This document shows, piece after piece, positions 45,127-53,655 of a DNA stretch of 64,000 nt. The translations under genes were made by a program, and so were the position numbers. Under the pieces are notes generated by a model, which did no database searches, was not told the origin of the DNA, and saw only the letters and a program-made list of their open reading frames with translations. The stretch is from Candidatus Omnitrophota bacterium (lineage in GTDB: Bacteria > Omnitrophota > Gorgyraeia > Duberdicusellales > 4484-171): the NCBI GenBank assembly GCA_043820815.1, contig JBDRDJ010000025.1, positions 22,459 to 86,458 on the forward strand. Direction: 5' to 3'. The first letter of the stretch is position 1, and every line of letters starts with the position of its first letter.

Positions 45127-46155
45127 TTAACCGACTAAATTCTTTAACACTTTACGTATATCTATCTTAGCCGGGCACGCTGTAATACAGCGGCCGCACC
45201 CGGTGCAGGCATAAAAGTTGGCAACCTTAGGGAAGTAATCAAATTTTTTCTCAAACCTGTTGCGAAGGCGCATCCAAAGCTTTCCGCGCGGGTTAGCCCC
45301 TCCTGCAACGCGTGCATAATCCTTTAACATACAGGAATCCCATGTTCTTAGCCTTGCCATTTGGCCCTGGTTTTCTTGGTCATAGAGCAAAAAGCAATGG
45401 CAGGTCGGGCAAATCGCCGTGCATGCCCCGCATTCAACACATGTTTTCGCCTCATCCTGCCACAAGGCTGATTCCCAGTTGCGTTCGATTATTCCGGAAA
45501 AACTTTCCTGTGCGGGAATGCAATTTGCTGATATATTGGCGTTAACTTCATCTCGAACCCGGATTCGAAGGGCTTGTCTTTTAGAAATCTGCCTGTCGTG
45601 TGCATCTTCAAAAAAGGGAGCGTTATCTTCAATTATTTTTTTTCCTTTCTCAGAGCCGGATTCCGCGATAAAACCGTCTCCTACCCGGGAAAGATTGATG
45701 TCAAAATTATTCTGAGGGTAAGGCAAAATTCCAACCGCACAGCAGAAGCACGTCTCAATCGTGCATGTGCAGTCACTTGAAATAATAAGATTTTCTTCGC
45801 GGAATCTTAAATAAAACGGGTCAGGGTAATCGTGGTTACTAAAAACATGGTCATGGACCAGGAAACCCTTAAGATCGCACGCTTTAGCGCCTACAATGCA
45901 GAATGGTTTTTTGGCTGACACCGGAGAGCATTCAGAGAAATCTTGGGCAACTACTTCTCTTGCCCGGGTGAAGAAAGATTTTAAGGGTTCAAAGGCGCGG
46001 ACTTCCCCGACAACTATTTCCTCTTTTGATCCGGAATAATTAACGTAATATCTTTGATTGCCTTTTTTTACGGGGACAAAGATCTCATAAGCCGTACTGA
46101 GGGAATCGAGAAGCGTATATAAATTATTAAAAGGAATATAAAGTAAATCCGGCAT
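45127..46155 (-). CDS. 4Fe-4S protein (AsrA / sulfhydrogenase beta-like)
   Basis: CVECGACTAICPTCHCF and CTGCGRCITACPAKIDI motifs. It is the first gene after the promoter and Rex box. Confidence 0.65.
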   Translation of the reverse strand: MPDLLYIPFNNLYTLLDSLSTAYEIFVPVKKGNQRYYVNYSGSKEEIVVGEVRAFEPLKSFFTRAREVVAQDFSECSPVSAKKPFCIVGAKACDLKGFLVHDHVFSNHDYPDPFYLRFREENLIISSDCTCTIETCFCCAVGILPYPQNNFDINLSRVGDGFIAESGSEKGKKIIEDNAPFFEDAHDRQISKRQALRIRVRDEVNANISANCIPAQESFSGIIERNWESALWQDEAKTCVECGACTAICPTCHCFLLYDQENQGQMARLRTWDSCMLKDYARVAGGANPRGKLWMRLRNRFEKKFDYFPKVANFYACTGCGRCITACPAKIDIRKVLKNLVG

Positions 46156-46176
46156 TTAAATCTTATGTTAGATATT

Positions 46177-46194
46177 TTGTGAATAAAATCACAA
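46177..46194 (-). promoter_or_regulatory. Rex operator (near-consensus inverted repeat)
   Basis: TTGTGAATAAAATCACAA compared with the Rex consensus TTGTGAAnnnnTTCACAA (one mismatch). It lies 22 nt upstream of the first hydrogenase-operon start codon and 9 nt downstream of the predicted -10. rex is encoded in the same operon. Confidence 0.7.
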
Positions 46195-46203
46195 AGATTT
46201 AAA

Positions 46204-46232
46204 ATATTAACATAAACCAATAGCCGTGTCAA
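46204..46232 (-). promoter_or_regulatory. Sigma70-type promoter of the hydrogenase operon
   Basis: The minus strand reads TTGACA (46232-46227), an exact 17-nt spacer, then TAATAT (46209-46204). Confidence 0.6.
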
Positions 46233-46285
46233 TAATTATTTGGATTGAATTTTATGGCAAAGCACTAAAACGGTTCGAAGGTTGG

Positions 46286-46585
46286 TTATTTGTTTGGCGA
46301 TTGGATTAGGTTACTGGTTTTCAGTAATTTAATTTTCTTTGATGAGGCAGCTACTATGCACACCCAAACAACAACTGTGACAGCGCTGATAACAAAACCC
46401 AGTAAAATGTCGCTTGCGAAATTATCAGAAATAAGGAACAGCTCTTTATTCCATAGATGATCCACAACACCAAAAAGCGCTCCTCCGTAAAACATAAGGT
46501 TCAGCCACCGGATTTTAATATTTTTCGTTTTTTTCCATATACCCGATGTAATAATTGCTCCTGCCAGCGGCACTGCGTAGCACAT
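46286..46585 (-). CDS. Small hypothetical membrane protein (about 3 TM)
   Basis: 99-aa hydrophobic ORF preceded by a strong AAGGAGGA RBS. No recognisable family. Confidence 0.45.
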   Translation of the reverse strand: MCYAVPLAGAIITSGIWKKTKNIKIRWLNLMFYGGALFGVVDHLWNKELFLISDNFASDILLGFVISAVTVVVWVCIVAASSKKIKLLKTSNLIQSPNK

Positions 46586-46642
46586 TGGTTCCTCCTTTTT
46601 TAAAACACGATATCACTAAATGAAATACTGTCAATTAAATAA

Positions 46643-47689
46643 TTAATTAAATTTGTTCAAGATGCCTAAAGCGAGTATGGCGACTTCCTGGGGCGCAATC
46701 TTCTTAAGGCACAGAAAACCTTTTTTGCAGTTGTGGGCGAGGCATTCGCTGCATCCGGCATCTTTATGAATATAGTATGAGTTTTTGCCTAAGGGCTTCC
46801 AGCGCAGAGGTGAAAGCCCGGGGTCTTTGCGGCCGAAGATAGATATAACAGGGGTTCCAATGGCAGCGGCAATATGAACAGGGCCTGAGTCGTTGGAAAT
46901 GAAAAGCGCCGCCTTTTTCAAAAGTGATGCGGTTTGTACGATAGTCAATTTGCCTCTTAAGTCAACTACTTCATTATTCTCAACAATCAGCTTGCCGAAC
47001 CCCTCCTCTCCCTTGACGGTAATTATAATAATTTTAAGATTGCTTTTTTTTTGCAGCATTTTTACCAGTTCCGAATAGTTGTCCTGCGGCCATCTTTTTG
47101 ATGGGCATGAGGCAGAGGGGTGAATGACAACAAATTTACTGCCATCCTCTATCTTAAGATTTGACAGAATGATTGATATTTGCTTCTCCGCTTCATGGCT
47201 GAGAGGAAAATGCAGACAGGTATCTTCGACTGTTAAGCTTAAACTCCGCAGGATATCAAGGTTGAACTCTGACTCATGTTTTAGACCGTCTTGCTTTACA
47301 TGAGGTAACCGCTTTGAAAGCAGAAAACCCATCTTTCTATCCCAACCCACTCTAAAAGGGATACCTGCAATAAAAGAAATTAAATGGGCGCGGTTTGTGG
47401 GGTGTAAGATTATTGACCAATCAAAGTGTTTTCTCCTGATGAAAAAAGCAAATTTAATGGTTGAAAGCAAGCTTTTTTGTTTGCCGTATTTGTCATAAAC
47501 TATCACTTCGTCTAAATATGGGTTTCGGTTAACTGCTTCGTAAGTATAAGGGCGGCATAAAAAGCCTATATGGGCATGGGGAAAGTTTTTTCTAAGCACG
47601 GAAATCACAGGAGTTGAAAGAATAACATCGCCGAGCCGGTCCGTGCGCACTATTAAAATCTTTTTCGGTGGGTTTCTGGTTTTTGCCAT
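46643..47689 (-). CDS. GT9-family glycosyltransferase (heptosyltransferase-like)
   Basis: ILIVRTDRLGDVILSTPVISVL and NDSGPVHIAAAIGTPVISIFG. The start was set at the internal MAKTRNPPKK. The track ORF extends to 47764, overlapping the upstream gene. Confidence 0.75.
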   Translation of the reverse strand: MAKTRNPPKKILIVRTDRLGDVILSTPVISVLRKNFPHAHIGFLCRPYTYEAVNRNPYLDEVIVYDKYGKQKSLLSTIKFAFFIRRKHFDWSIILHPTNRAHLISFIAGIPFRVGWDRKMGFLLSKRLPHVKQDGLKHESEFNLDILRSLSLTVEDTCLHFPLSHEAEKQISIILSNLKIEDGSKFVVIHPSASCPSKRWPQDNYSELVKMLQKKSNLKIIIITVKGEEGFGKLIVENNEVVDLRGKLTIVQTASLLKKAALFISNDSGPVHIAAAIGTPVISIFGRKDPGLSPLRWKPLGKNSYYIHKDAGCSECLAHNCKKGFLCLKKIAPQEVAILALGILNKFN

Positions 47690-47705
47690 ATCTAACCTTA
47701 AAATA

Positions 47706-48659
47706 TCAGGTGCTAAATGAGCGGCTCTGCTTTGTCTTTTCAATCGTAGCCAGGAGAGCATCAATAATTTTTTGCGGTGAGATATTCATGCATTCATGTT
47801 TGAAGTTACAAAGAGATTTATTACAGGGCGCGCAGGCAACAAAATCATTTCTTAATATTGTTGATGTTTTTGACCACGGCCCGTAGCGCTTCTGGTCAGT
47901 AGGGCCAAACAGGGCGACAACAGGAATATTCAGGTATCCCGCGATATGGAGAGCGCTTGAGTCAACACTGAGAACGCAAATGGCGTAGTTAATAAAGAGG
48001 TAGAAAATATCGGCTATTTCGGTTTCTCCCGCCAGGTTTGTAATATTTTCTGAATCAGCGATATCTTTATAGAGTTCGCGGTCCGATTCTTCTCCGATTA
48101 TAATTATTTTATGTGTTTGCTTAAGTTTTTCTATGATTTGTGTAAGGCGGCTTACGGGGTAACGTTTGAGCTGTGATCTTGATGAGCAGGCTATAAATAT
48201 AGAAGGCTTTTGTATCAGGCTGTCCCATTGGTGTTTTTTAGTGTCAGGCAGTAAAAAAGAGCTTTTCTTGCCAGTGCATTCTTTTGGGCAAAGAGAGATT
48301 ATAGTGTCAAGATAGCCGAGAACGGCATGTTTTGATTTATCTGTCTTGCGAATATAGGGAGTTTTTTTCTTAGCCCCCAGCAGAATCGGCAACAGGGAAT
48401 TCTTAAGGTCGACAATCATCGTGTATTGGCCTCTAAGCGAAAGAGTGAATCTCCATTTATGAATAGCTTTCCATGATTTATCAAAAACGATTATTTCATC
48501 AATAAAATTATTTTTTGTGAGGAAATCTTTTGTTTTTGCCGATGCAACGGCCGTAATTTTAGATTCCGGATAGTTTCCCTTAACCCTGTCTAATACAGGC
48601 AGGCTCATTATGGTATCGCCTATGTTTGTGGGAAAATTAATTAATATACTTTGTTTCAT
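47706..48659 (-). CDS. GT9-family glycosyltransferase (heptosyltransferase-like)
   Basis: ILINFPTNIGDTIMSLPVLDRV and VDSSALHIAGYLNIPVVALFGPTD. Confidence 0.75.
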   Translation of the reverse strand: MKQSILINFPTNIGDTIMSLPVLDRVKGNYPESKITAVASAKTKDFLTKNNFIDEIIVFDKSWKAIHKWRFTLSLRGQYTMIVDLKNSLLPILLGAKKKTPYIRKTDKSKHAVLGYLDTIISLCPKECTGKKSSFLLPDTKKHQWDSLIQKPSIFIACSSRSQLKRYPVSRLTQIIEKLKQTHKIIIIGEESDRELYKDIADSENITNLAGETEIADIFYLFINYAICVLSVDSSALHIAGYLNIPVVALFGPTDQKRYGPWSKTSTILRNDFVACAPCNKSLCNFKHECMNISPQKIIDALLATIEKTKQSRSFST

Positions 48660-49684
48660 TTGTTATTTATATGGTTACAGCGGTTATATAGCGATACTGC
48701 TTTCTCAAAGACTTCATCAACGGTTATATCCGCAATACAGCGGTTGTTAGCACAATCAAGATTATAACAAGGTATGGTGCATTCTGTATTCTTTTTTATT
48801 ATAGTTATGTTATTTCCACGCGGGCCGGTTATATCAGGAGAAGTAGGCCCGAAAATAACCAGGGTTTTAGCCCCCATGGCAGAAGCAAGATGAGCGGGGC
48901 CGGAGTCATTGGAAATAAATAAATCGAAATTGCCGATAACCGCCGCTAACTCTTTCAGGTTTGTTTTGCCGCAGAGATTCAGGGCTTTATTGAGCGTAGA
49001 GTCAGCAACGTAATCACAGGTGCCGGCATCTGCCTTTGAACCGATGATGACTATTGAGTAATTAAATTTATCCACAAGCCGGTCGGTGAGTTCGGCAAAT
49101 TTTTCCGTTGGCCAGCGTTTAAGATTCCAGTTTGCGCTGGGATGAATTCCTATGATTGTACTGTGTTTAGATTTTATATTTTCAAGTAAGGCGTTTGCTT
49201 TAATTTTGTTTTGCTCAGAAACAAAAAACTGATAAGCAGTATTTTCTATTTTCACACCTGCTTTCTCAAAAAGGGATAAATAATAATCCTGCCTGTGAAG
49301 TATTTTCTTATCAGCCTTTACGCAATCGGTGATAAGAAAATTTGTTTTGCCCCGGCAGTAGCCAACCCTTCGTTTTATGCCGGCCAAAAAACATATGAAA
49401 GCCCTGGTTAATGAACGGTGAAGTAAAAATACCGTATCGAATTTGTAATGCTTTAAAAGCGAAATAAAGCGCAATTTTGCAATAAGGCCCTTTTGGGAAG
49501 TTTTTTCATCAAAAGCGATGATTTCATCGATATAGGGATTTTCACTATACACATCTAAAACTCGATTGTGTGCCATAACCGCGACATAAGCATCAGGAAT
49601 ACGATCTTTAAGCGCCTTAAATACCGGGGTCGTCATAATTGCATCACCCAGCCAGTTTATGCTGACAATAAGTATTCTTTTCAT
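48656..49684 (-). CDS. GT9-family glycosyltransferase (WaaF/WaaC-like heptosyltransferase)
   Basis: ILIVSINWLGDAIMTTPVFKAL and NDSGPAHLASAMGAKTLVIFGPTSP. Confidence 0.8.
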   Translation of the reverse strand: MKRILIVSINWLGDAIMTTPVFKALKDRIPDAYVAVMAHNRVLDVYSENPYIDEIIAFDEKTSQKGLIAKLRFISLLKHYKFDTVFLLHRSLTRAFICFLAGIKRRVGYCRGKTNFLITDCVKADKKILHRQDYYLSLFEKAGVKIENTAYQFFVSEQNKIKANALLENIKSKHSTIIGIHPSANWNLKRWPTEKFAELTDRLVDKFNYSIVIIGSKADAGTCDYVADSTLNKALNLCGKTNLKELAAVIGNFDLFISNDSGPAHLASAMGAKTLVIFGPTSPDITGPRGNNITIIKKNTECTIPCYNLDCANNRCIADITVDEVFEKAVSLYNRCNHINNK

Positions 49685-49694
49685 TGAAATTAGC

Positions 49695-50456
49695 TCAATA
49701 CGGGTTTTTAGGCGTTCGGAAAATATTATAAAATCCGCTTATTTTTGCAAAAAACTTTATTCCCTTATCATTGTTTGAAATCTTTATCCTGCGCAGGGCA
49801 TAAAGGTTAGTTTCCCTGGAAAATCCCCTATTGGTCGTACAGGCGCAAATGTAGCCGGCGTCCTTAACTTCTGCAACTGTACTTGTGTCAAACCCGCCCG
49901 ATGGATAGGAGAGAGTAAGAACAGGGGCAGATGAAATTTCTTCAAGAATTTCTTTAGAGTAATTTATTTCTTCTTTAAGTTTATACGTGGGTGTATCCGG
50001 CAGATAAGCATGGCTAAAGGTGTGCGAACCTATCCGTATGCGTGAAGATTTATAAAGCATATTAATATCACCGGATGAAAGATAGCCTTCTTTTTCGATA
50101 TTTCCGGCAACAATAAAAATAGTTGCCGGAAAACCGTAATTGTTAAGCGAATCCAGGGCTATTAAATTATCCTTATATCCGTCGTCAAAAGTTATAACAA
50201 CGGTTTTGCGCTTAACCGGTTGATTATTAGAAATCATACGGCAATAGTCTTCTAGTGAAATAACTTTGTAACCCCAGTCATCGATAGACTTCATTTGGTT
50301 TGAAAAAACAGCCGGCTCAACTGCGGCGTAATTATCCGTTCTTTCTTGATCGAGCGAATGATACATAAGAATCGGCACTTCGTAATTTTTCTGGGCATAG
50401 ACAAAGAATAAGGCTGCGCTTATCGTGATAAATAAGAAAACAAATAATTTTCGCAT
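49695..50456 (-). CDS. Polysaccharide deacetylase (NodB homology domain)
   Basis: Signal/anchor sequence, VVITFDDGYKDN motif and GSHTFSH. Confidence 0.8.
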   Translation of the reverse strand: MRKLFVFLFITISAALFFVYAQKNYEVPILMYHSLDQERTDNYAAVEPAVFSNQMKSIDDWGYKVISLEDYCRMISNNQPVKRKTVVITFDDGYKDNLIALDSLNNYGFPATIFIVAGNIEKEGYLSSGDINMLYKSSRIRIGSHTFSHAYLPDTPTYKLKEEINYSKEILEEISSAPVLTLSYPSGGFDTSTVAEVKDAGYICACTTNRGFSRETNLYALRRIKISNNDKGIKFFAKISGFYNIFRTPKNPY

Positions 50457-50495
50457 ACAATATCACCTAACCTTTATTTTTCCTTTCAATATAGG

Positions 50496-51572
50496 TCACA
50501 TGACTTCCCTGTAAACTTTTTCTGTATCAATTGCCATCCTCTGTGATGAAAAGAAAACAGAATCATCCTTGGCCTGTGCGGTAATCTTTCTTTTGATGAA
50601 ATCATTTCCGATTAAGTCTTCGATACTGTCAGAAAGAGACCGGCTGTTATAAGAAGTGAATAAAATCCCGTTTTGCTTATGTTTAATAATCTCCGAAATT
50701 CCGCCTGTGGAATATGCGATAACCGGAACCCCCTTTACAAAAGCTTCAATAACAGAATATCCAAATCCTTCCTTTTTAGACGGAACGAGCAAAATATCAA
50801 TGCTGCTTAAGAATTCTGTGGCAGTGCAGTCGGCAATTTTAACTTTTTGATTTAAGTTATACCGGTTTATTTGGTTTTGCAGCTTGTATAAAAGCTTTCC
50901 TTTACCTGAGAATACAAGAAATAGATTACTGTATTTTGCACAAAGCATCTTAAAGGCTTCCAGGGCAAGAAAATGCCCCTTTTCTTCGGATATACGGCCA
51001 AGAATCCCAAGGATAAGCGCTTTATCCTTAAAACCCCAGCTTGAGCGGATATTGGTATTATTTGAGTAGTCCTGGGTATTTATCCCGTTATAAACGACCC
51101 TTATTGAATCATTCGGAATATTTAGATCTTCAATTAAGTGTTTTTTTACAGAGCGGCTTACTGCTATAGAAAGCAGCCCCGAAAAAGGCAATAATTTACG
51201 TACAGCGCTTGCGCGGTAAAAACCGTGAAATGAGCATACATACGGTATTTTATAAATACGCCAGCAGAAAAATCCCAGGAGTTCGGTTACCCGAGTATTG
51301 CAATGGATTATATCAATGTCTTCCCGCTTAAAGAAACGGCTTAAATTATAAAGAGACAAGATAATTTTCGGGCTAAGAATCGATTTTGTATTAATCGGTA
51401 TGGTTAAGTGCTTTACGCCTTTCTTTGAAAGGTCATAACACCAAGCGCCTCCGCTGGAGGCTATCCACACAGTATGATTTTGGCTTGAAAGAGCAGAAGA
51501 CAAATTCAAAACATAACGGGAAATTCCTCCCGGGTTAAGATGCGTGGTAATAATTAGTATTTTCATAGTCAA
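50496..51572 (-). CDS. GT4-family glycosyltransferase
   Basis: EGFGYSVIEAFVKGVPVIAYSTGGISEIIKHKQNGILF. Confidence 0.8.
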   Translation of the reverse strand: MTMKILIITTHLNPGGISRYVLNLSSALSSQNHTVWIASSGGAWCYDLSKKGVKHLTIPINTKSILSPKIILSLYNLSRFFKREDIDIIHCNTRVTELLGFFCWRIYKIPYVCSFHGFYRASAVRKLLPFSGLLSIAVSRSVKKHLIEDLNIPNDSIRVVYNGINTQDYSNNTNIRSSWGFKDKALILGILGRISEEKGHFLALEAFKMLCAKYSNLFLVFSGKGKLLYKLQNQINRYNLNQKVKIADCTATEFLSSIDILLVPSKKEGFGYSVIEAFVKGVPVIAYSTGGISEIIKHKQNGILFTSYNSRSLSDSIEDLIGNDFIKRKITAQAKDDSVFFSSQRMAIDTEKVYREVM

Positions 51573-53653
51573 TCGTTTTTTATGCTGATAGTTTTCTTTG
51601 CCGAAATAATTTCTTTAACTTTGCTGGTTACTTCATTCGGGGTTATGGCTTCGGTACAGGCGTTCTTTTGATTATTGCGGCATACGGGTTGGTAGCAGGA
51701 TGAGCAGGGAAGTTTTTTTTGAATGCAGTGAAGCAATTCGCTTTTTACGGTATGGCGGTTATAGTCAGTTGGGCCGAAAATTGCGACAGTGGAGGTGCCG
51801 ATTGCGCAGGCAAGGTGCAGGGCTGCAGTGTCAGGAGTAATAAAAACGGTTAATTTTGCGAGAATGTCCGCAAGGTCTTTAAGTGATGTTTTGCCGCATA
51901 AATTTTGCGGTTTAGGCCGGAGAGCTTTTTCAATTTTAAATGCAGTTCCTTGCGCATGGGTGTCGCCTAATAAAACTACATGGTAATTTGGAAATTTTTT
52001 GTATAGCTGGCTGATAAAGGTCATGTAGTGATTCAGCGGCCAATTTTTAGATTCCCAGCGGGCCGATGCACTTACGTTTACCCCGATTACTTTGTCTGAC
52101 GGGATTTCAAAAGAGGTTTTATAGGGACTTTTGAAGAAAATAAGCTTCTTCTCTTTTAAGGTTACGCCTAAGAGTTTGAGGATTTTTTCCTGTGAAGAAA
52201 GCGGGTTATCTTGGCGGTTATACGGAAGTCTGCGTGTCAAAAGAAAACCCAATCTTAAAGAATACCCGAATGAATAAAGCGGAAAGCTTAAACACGATAT
52301 AAGATGCGACTGGCAGTTATTTTGAAAATCAATTATGTAATCAAAGCCGTAACGCCTCAGAAGCCGGCTCGTCCTCATAATATTTGAAAGTTTTTTGTAC
52401 TTTTCATCAAGAGGTATAATTTCATCGATATACGGGCAATCATCCAAAAGAGAAGCGTATTTATTTAAAGTAAGAAGATATATTTTGCCCTGAGGGAACC
52501 TGTCTTTGAGTGCTTTTAATGAAGGCAGGCTTAGTATGATATCACCCAGAGAGCTTATTTTTATAACGAGTATTCGTTTGAAAATCATTGTATCGTTGTA
52601 GACATCAAAAATTTTATTAGCAGCATCTTCAAAACTGTATTTCTGGCAAACTTTAGCATAAGCGCGCTTTGTCAGTTCGTTAGCATAATCAGGGTTTTTA
52701 AGAATTTTCTCAATAGCTTCGTAAATCTGATTCGGGTTGCGCGGCTCGACCAAAATTCCGTCCTGGGAGTCGCTTATAATTTCGCTGAAACCGCCTACGC
52801 GCGATGCAATAACAGGCACTCCGCAAGCGAAACCTTCAACAATTACCCTGCCGAACGATTCATCTATGACAGACGGAGCAACGAGTATCCGGGAGTTATG
52901 TAAAATAGAATTTATATCGCCCTCAAGGCCAAGAAAATTAACATTATAATTTAAAGAATACCTTGAAACCAGGCTTTTAAGATGATTGAGGTATATTGAT
53001 TGAGTTTTAGGGTTAACTCCCACTATGTTTAAAACGAGATTTGGATGATTTCTGATCGTCTTGCTGAATGCTTCTATAAGATATTCGTACCCCTTTGTGG
53101 GAGATATCCTTCCTACGGTGACTATGTTGCGACAGTCTTTCCTTAGGCTGTACTCTGTAAATGTAAATTTATCTAAGTCTACCCAGCGATTGATTAAAAT
53201 AATTTTCTCCCGGGGAACGCCAAATTTTGAACACATATGGTGAGCAGTCTGCTTAGAGGGGCAGATAACGAATTTACCCCAGCCCATAACTTCACTTGTA
53301 ACCTTATTGCGGTAGTTTCCGTGAGCTGTTGTAATAAAGTCAGTGTGGCTGATGCGTGAGGAAATAAAACTTATCCATGCAGGGACGCGCGAGCGTGCAT
53401 GAATAATATCTATATTTTCATTTTTTATAATTTTATTAATTTTATAAACGCAAAGGATGGAAAGCGGTGATTTCTTAAAAACCGGAAGGCAATAGTGGGT
53501 TAAGCCTTTTTTTATTAACTGGTCGGCTAACCTGCCGCCGCCGCTTACTACAATCGAATATATGTCCTTATTCTTTGAGTACAGGGCGATATCGTAAACC
53601 CCTCTTTCTACGCCGCCCACATCCATTCTGGGAAGAATTTGCATTACTTTCAT
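51569..53653 (-). CDS. Bifunctional glycosyltransferase: N-terminal GT4 fused to C-terminal GT9
   Basis: N-terminal ESFGRVIVEGFACGVPVIASRVGGFSEIISDSQDGILV. C-terminal ILVIKISSLGDIILSLPSLKAL and PDTAALHLACAIGTSTVAIFGPTD. Confidence 0.8.
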   Translation of the reverse strand: MKVMQILPRMDVGGVERGVYDIALYSKNKDIYSIVVSGGGRLADQLIKKGLTHYCLPVFKKSPLSILCVYKINKIIKNENIDIIHARSRVPAWISFISSRISHTDFITTAHGNYRNKVTSEVMGWGKFVICPSKQTAHHMCSKFGVPREKIILINRWVDLDKFTFTEYSLRKDCRNIVTVGRISPTKGYEYLIEAFSKTIRNHPNLVLNIVGVNPKTQSIYLNHLKSLVSRYSLNYNVNFLGLEGDINSILHNSRILVAPSVIDESFGRVIVEGFACGVPVIASRVGGFSEIISDSQDGILVEPRNPNQIYEAIEKILKNPDYANELTKRAYAKVCQKYSFEDAANKIFDVYNDTMIFKRILVIKISSLGDIILSLPSLKALKDRFPQGKIYLLTLNKYASLLDDCPYIDEIIPLDEKYKKLSNIMRTSRLLRRYGFDYIIDFQNNCQSHLISCLSFPLYSFGYSLRLGFLLTRRLPYNRQDNPLSSQEKILKLLGVTLKEKKLIFFKSPYKTSFEIPSDKVIGVNVSASARWESKNWPLNHYMTFISQLYKKFPNYHVVLLGDTHAQGTAFKIEKALRPKPQNLCGKTSLKDLADILAKLTVFITPDTAALHLACAIGTSTVAIFGPTDYNRHTVKSELLHCIQKKLPCSSCYQPVCRNNQKNACTEAITPNEVTSKVKEIISAKKTISIKND

Positions 53654-53655
53654 CT

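Noticed and set aside
46286-46585. The MCYAVP N-terminus of the 99-aa ORF as another HypC-like protein
   Set aside because: Apart from the first six residues, the protein is a hydrophobic multi-TM sequence with no HypC beta-barrel pattern. The resemblance to MC(L/Y)xIP is coincidental.
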